A stretch of DNA of 64,000 nt from a virus. Positions 59,693 to 64,000 of the stretch are shown piece after piece (within the stretch, counting starts at the first letter, position 1; each line of letters begins with the position of its first letter). The notes beneath the pieces are model-generated. The model had not been told where the DNA came from, did no database searches, and saw only the letters and a list, made by a program, of their open reading frames with translations. Location of the stretch: positions 1 through 64,000 of IMG/VR virus record IMGVR_UViG_3300035188_001035; one strand, given 5' to 3'. The position numbers were made by a program, and so were the translations under genes.

Positions 59693-62600
59693 CTATCTTC
59701 TTATATTAATATTAATACCTGGCATAGCGTCTCTGATCGCATTTTCTACAGCGCCGATAACTTCATCTCTGAGTTGTGGCATATCTTGTTGTACAGCTTC
59801 TCCATTCATTTCAACAGTGACATTTACTGGTATAGATCCATTAATATTCAATGATATGTTTGATGGTATTCTGGATATGGCTCTTTCCAAAGATCGTAAT
59901 GATGTATTAAATCCATTAATAGTGTTATTAAAATTATTGGATGCTGAATTTATAGATGCTGCCGCAACACTAAGTTTAGCCGCGCCAGACTCTATACTAT
60001 TTAATTGTCCAAAGGCTGAGGATATCTTATTACCCGTTTGAACAAAAGAGTCAATTACGGATTTTAATGAATCCACAGATCTACTAAAGTTGTCAAATGC
60101 ACTATTTAACGATTCAATATCTAATACACCACTTTGACTAGGACGGCCACCGCCACTATTACCTCCAGCACCGTATGATCCTATCATTCCACCATTTTGA
60201 AAATAGTCTGGATTTTGACCATTATTAATAGACTTTAATAGTGATAGATTATTCTTAGTAGATTTAGCATTTACAACAAATTCACCAGGAGTTAGCATAG
60301 CAGGAACAGTATCAGTACCTTTAGGTTTAAAGTTAATATATTTTCCATCATTAGCATATATTAATCCACCATTAGCATGGTGCTGAATATCAATAGAATG
60401 AGCATACTTTTCTTGGGCTATCTTTGCTGCTTCAATACCTAATTTATCAGCAAGAGGGGACAAATGAAAATGAACTTCTTTTCTAAACAAATCCATTAAT
60501 TTTATGGATTCTAATGTAATTGGAACATCTGTTGCTATGGCTCTGCTAGTACCGGGTGGAGCGCCTGGTCCTTCTATAAATGTATTAGGTCCCTCCACCG
60601 CTTTGATTTTAGCTTTGTTTTTTATTTCCTCTACCCAGCTAATTAATGCATCTTCATCAGCACCAGTACGTGTTGCATATGTATCGATTGAATTATTCAA
60701 TACGTCTTTTATGGTTTCTCCTGGTTTGGGTTGATAACCAGCTGCGGTTGATAATTCATCAGCATACATTCTAGCAGCTAAATTTGATTGATCTGTTACA
60801 CGAGCTATATTAGATTCAAGAATTGGCTCACTTGTTCTCGTTAAGACCAATCTAGCATCTGTGATAGGAGTAGTACCATCCCACGCATATCTAATGGCTG
60901 TTTGAGCAGCTTCTTCTAGAGTTGTGGTTGATGGTAATGAGCCTCGGGGAACATTAGTTTCGGTACCAACATATTTACCAGGACCTAGGTTACCCATACC
61001 TGGTCTATTGGGATCTGTGAATTTAGGACTCTCTCCAAATTCTCCTATAAAAATACCCTTGCTATCTCTCATTTGAGCATCAGGCAAATCTGCCCATGGA
61101 TATTTAGTGCCATGAACACCAGCCACTTCTGCTTCTCTCATTCTTTGAGCAAGATTTTTTGCAGCTAACTCGATATCTGCTTCATTTGGTTTAAAATTAG
61201 CTCCTTCAAGTAATCGTGCATTGGCTTGTTTACTTAAATGTTTGGACATGCCTAACTCTGCTAATTTAAATGCTCCATGAGCAGCAACTGTAAAAGCGGC
61301 CATTAATAAAGCTTCTTTTGCTCCTTCATTATCTCCTGTAGCATATGCTATTCCGGCAGCGGTTGTTGGAGCGCCAGCTTCAACAGCGAATGCTGCTCCG
61401 GTTCCTAATCCGGCTGTTCCTATCATTGTGGCCATAACGGCAGGATCAGCAACACTCAAACCTAATTCTACAGTTTTTCCAACTATGGGTAAACCAGTAA
61501 TATCAGATACAACTTGTCCGGTTTCACTAGGAACGCCGGTAAAAACTTCCCCTTTTTTATAGTCTTTACCAGCATTGAGCAACTTTCGTGTTTGTCTAGC
61601 GGTAATTTTAGGATCTGGTGGAGTAAAGATTCCGTTTAGTTGTTCTTCAAAAAATTCTCTCCATAAACGACCATTAAAATATCTACTATATCTTTTTTCT
61701 GCTGCTTTTCTTCTTTTTATTTCTTCTTCAGTAATTGTTGATTGTGACAGATCCATCATTGGCGATCCACCAGCATATGGATTTGGTCCAAGATCTTTAA
61801 TTTCTCCTCCAAATGGATTATATTTTTTAAGTGGCTTGTTTGTTCCATCAGCAAAATAATTCATGCCATTTTTTTGTAATGAACCACCACTATTTATACT
61901 CTTAAGTAATGGTAAGTTCTTTCTGGTGGCTTCACGATTAACAACAAATTCACCCGGAGTCAACATTGCCGGAACAGTATCGCTACCTTTTGGTTTAAAA
62001 TTGATGTATTTACCAGTACTAGCATATGTGGTTGGTAATTTTGTATTGTTTGATGTTAATGCTTTAACTGCGGCCCCTTCTAAATCCTCTCTATCAACAG
62101 TTCTTAATATTTCAGCAATAGTATCTAATTTTTTATTTGTTAATACTAGAGCATTAGTAAACGAATCCTGTATAACGCTAGGCTTTAATACTGTTGCTGG
62201 ATCAGGAGCAGCACCGGCAGGAGCAGCACCGGCAGGAGCAGCAGGAGCAGCAGGAGCGGCATTACCAGCGGCAGGAGGTTCTGGTTTATTAGGATCTCGT
62301 TTTAATTCAAATTCTTGTGGTTTTATAGATTCTTTTAATAGTTTGGCAGATTCTGTTACGGTAGCTGACCATAACTGAGCAGATTTTTCAACCTCAGTAA
62401 ATAAAATATTAGCACCAGCTTCCATTCTTTCTTTTAATTGTTCTGTGGCTTTACGTTGCTCTTCAAATAACATTCTAGCACGACCAACCTCAGCTTCTAT
62501 TTCAGGATTTTCTCTGCCTGGACGTAACCCTAATTGATTTTTAATAAAGTCTAAAGTTGCAGCTAAAGTTGGATCTTCTCTACCTATTTTTGTAAGTACA

Positions 62601-64000
62601 TTATCAAAAAATTGCTTAGTAAGTTCTTCTCCTTGTGCTTGTGGCACCATTGAAACGATTTTTTCAAGGCCAGCTACTGCTTGAGGTAATTCAAAATTTT
62701 GAATATTACCAGTTAATGCTCTAGAATATGCGTCTACAGAATTGACAAAATCCACTTGCCATTCTGGATTATTAACATTTTTGATAATATCGGTAAGAAT
62801 ATTACGACCACCCTGTTGTGCTTGCCTTAAATCTTGAATTTTAGCCAATGACAATGCTGCTCTTTGACCATCAGTAGCTAACTTATTTAGGGCTAATCTT
62901 AATTTTTCACCTTCGGCAGTAATTTTACCAAGTTTATTAGTTAATAATGATACTTCTTTCTCTCTATCTTTTTGGTCTGGTATTGTGGCTGCCCTATCAA
63001 GTTCTTTTTGAATACCAGCCCGTAAATCATCAGCAAAATCTAAACGTTTTCTAATCTCTAATGGATCTAATGTTCCAGCTTGTCTTATACCAGCACCAGC
63101 AGCACCTTGATCTTGTGCAATATTAGGGATAGTGGTTAGTCTACTGATTTCATCATTAAATGGCTTGAATAATCTATCCATTGAAACTGTTCTATTTAAA
63201 GCTTTATCGATACTGTTGGCTCCTTCTGTTCTAATTTTTCCAGCTTGAATTTCTAGATTAGTGATTTGAACTAGAGCGTCAGAATATTCTTGTAGTCTTT
63301 GATTAACCTCATTTAGTGTTTTTAATCTGGCTTCTTCACTTCGTTTTAATACGGGACTTAGTGCAACAACTTGATCAATAACATTTTTTAAAGCTTTTTG
63401 ATCATTTATCAAATCTTTAGCATTAGCTAATGGACCACCCTCTCTACTAGGCTTGGTAATAAGATCTGATACTTTACCACCAATAGATTTGGCAAAATCT
63501 TCACCAACTACATTTTTAAGCGCATCAGTAACTTCGTTAGCAATAAATGCAGTATCAACTTCGTCTCCGGGGTCTCTTGCTCCTAGTGTAGCATTTCTGG
63601 CTATTGATTTACCAATAATATTTGGTAGATCTTGAGTTAGAATTTTTTCAGTTAAAATTCTTTGTTTAAAAACATCTGTTAATTCTTTATCAAAACCTAA
63701 TCCACCAGTAACATTCTGAATTGCTCTGGCAATATCATCATTAGATGAGGCAAGTAAATTATTTAAAACTGTTAAGTTTTTATTACTAGCTTTAGATATT
63801 GTTGCTTTACCACCAAGTCTAGTACCAATAGATAATTCTCTGTCTCTGGCAGCATCCTGGAATACATCACTAGCTTTGTTAATAGCAGCTTCAAAAACAT
63901 TTAACGCATTATTTAATCTGTCTACTTGTATTCTTGTTACAGTTCCTAGTCTATCAGCTTCTGCTTGTTTTAATATCGGCTCTCCTGCTCTACCTAATGC
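59693..64000 (-). CDS. Tape-measure-like protein, C-terminal part (5' end lies outside the window)
   Basis: I checked the frame and it is open from 64000 to 59693 (at least 1435 aa). Helical, with two G(S/T)DTVPAMLTPGEFVVN motifs typical of tape measure C-termini. Confidence 0.75.
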   Translation of the reverse strand, partial: ALGRAGEPILKQAEADRLGTVTRIQVDRLNNALNVFEAAINKASDVFQDAARDRELSIGTRLGGKATISKASNKNLTVLNNLLASSNDDIARAIQNVTGGLGFDKELTDVFKQRILTEKILTQDLPNIIGKSIARNATLGARDPGDEVDTAFIANEVTDALKNVVGEDFAKSIGGKVSDLITKPSREGGPLANAKDLINDQKALKNVIDQVVALSPVLKRSEEARLKTLNEVNQRLQEYSDALVQITNLEIQAGKIRTEGANSIDKALNRTVSMDRLFKPFNDEISRLTTIPNIAQDQGAAGAGIRQAGTLDPLEIRKRLDFADDLRAGIQKELDRAATIPDQKDREKEVSLLTNKLGKITAEGEKLRLALNKLATDGQRAALSLAKIQDLRQAQQGGRNILTDIIKNVNNPEWQVDFVNSVDAYSRALTGNIQNFELPQAVAGLEKIVSMVPQAQGEELTKQFFDNVLTKIGREDPTLAATLDFIKNQLGLRPGRENPEIEAEVGRARMLFEEQRKATEQLKERMEAGANILFTEVEKSAQLWSATVTESAKLLKESIKPQEFELKRDPNKPEPPAAGNAAPAAPAAPAGAAPAGAAPDPATVLKPSVIQDSFTNALVLTNKKLDTIAEILRTVDREDLEGAAVKALTSNNTKLPTTYASTGKYINFKPKGSDTVPAMLTPGEFVVNREATRKNLPLLKSINSGGSLQKNGMNYFADGTNKPLKKYNPFGGEIKDLGPNPYAGGSPMMDLSQSTITEEEIKRRKAAEKRYSRYFNGRLWREFFEEQLNGIFTPPDPKITARQTRKLLNAGKDYKKGEVFTGVPSETGQVVSDITGLPIVGKTVELGLSVADPAVMATMIGTAGLGTGAAFAVEAGAPTTAAGIAYATGDNEGAKEALLMAAFTVAAHGAFKLAELGMSKHLSKQANARLLEGANFKPNEADIELAAKNLAQRMREAEVAGVHGTKYPWADLPDAQMRDSKGIFIGEFGESPKFTDPNRPGMGNLGPGKYVGTETNVPRGSLPSTTTLEEAAQTAIRYAWDGTTPITDARLVLTRTSEPILESNIARVTDQSNLAARMYADELSTAAGYQPKPGETIKDVLNNSIDTYATRTGADEDALISWVEEIKNKAKIKAVEGPNTFIEGPGAPPGTSRAIATDVPITLESIKLMDLFRKEVHFHLSPLADKLGIEAAKIAQEKYAHSIDIQHHANGGLIYANDGKYINFKPKGTDTVPAMLTPGEFVVNAKSTKNNLSLLKSINNGQNPDYFQNGGMIGSYGAGGNSGGGRPSQSGVLDIESLNSAFDNFSRSVDSLKSVIDSFVQTGNKISSAFGQLNSIESGAAKLSVAAASINSASNNFNNTINGFNTSLRSLERAISRIPSNISLNINGSIPVNVTVEMNGEAVQQDMPQLRDEVIGAVENAIRDAMPGININIRR
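60218..62026 (-). repeat. Two 141 bp diverged direct repeats (60218-60358 and 61886-62026) inside the tape measure gene
   Basis: Both encode YA..GKYINFKPKG(S/T)DTVPAMLTPGEFVVN...T..NL.LLKSIN.G. Confidence 0.9.

Noticed and set aside
1-64000. Stop-codon reassignment
   Set aside because: Genes are full length and tightly packed under the standard code, and TAA, TGA and TAG are all used as stops.

Overview
This AT-rich, densely coded 64 kb window comes from a large tailed dsDNA bacteriophage using the standard genetic code. I saw no rRNA, tRNA or CRISPR array. The + strand (1-43387) carries, in order: tail fibre/receptor-binding genes; a membrane-protein cluster built around a papain-like C1 peptidase (candidate lysis module); nucleotide metabolism (dCMP deaminase, class II RNR, PhoH, dNMP kinase); a replication/recombination block (RecA-like, DnaB, DnaG, Cas4-like nuclease, an intein-less split DnaE with a DEDDh exonuclease between its halves, SSB); a first glycosyltransferase cluster; two proteins with long mucin-like (Pro-Thr-Pro-Ser)n tails; and four glycosylation genes led by a GT60-like polypeptide GlcNAc transferase. 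The - strand (64000 down to 43393) carries a partial tape-measure-like protein with an embedded pre-toxin/ADP-ribosyltransferase-like cassette, tail/baseplate genes, a third (PTPS)n protein and four more glycosylation genes. The standout candidate system is a phage-encoded mucin-type O-glycosylation island: eight glyco-enzymes in a convergent 6.8 kb cassette, bracketed on both sides by the PTPS-repeat proteins that are its likely substrates. A Planctomycetota-like host is inferred, not shown. All family assignments come from recognising motifs by eye; no searches were run.
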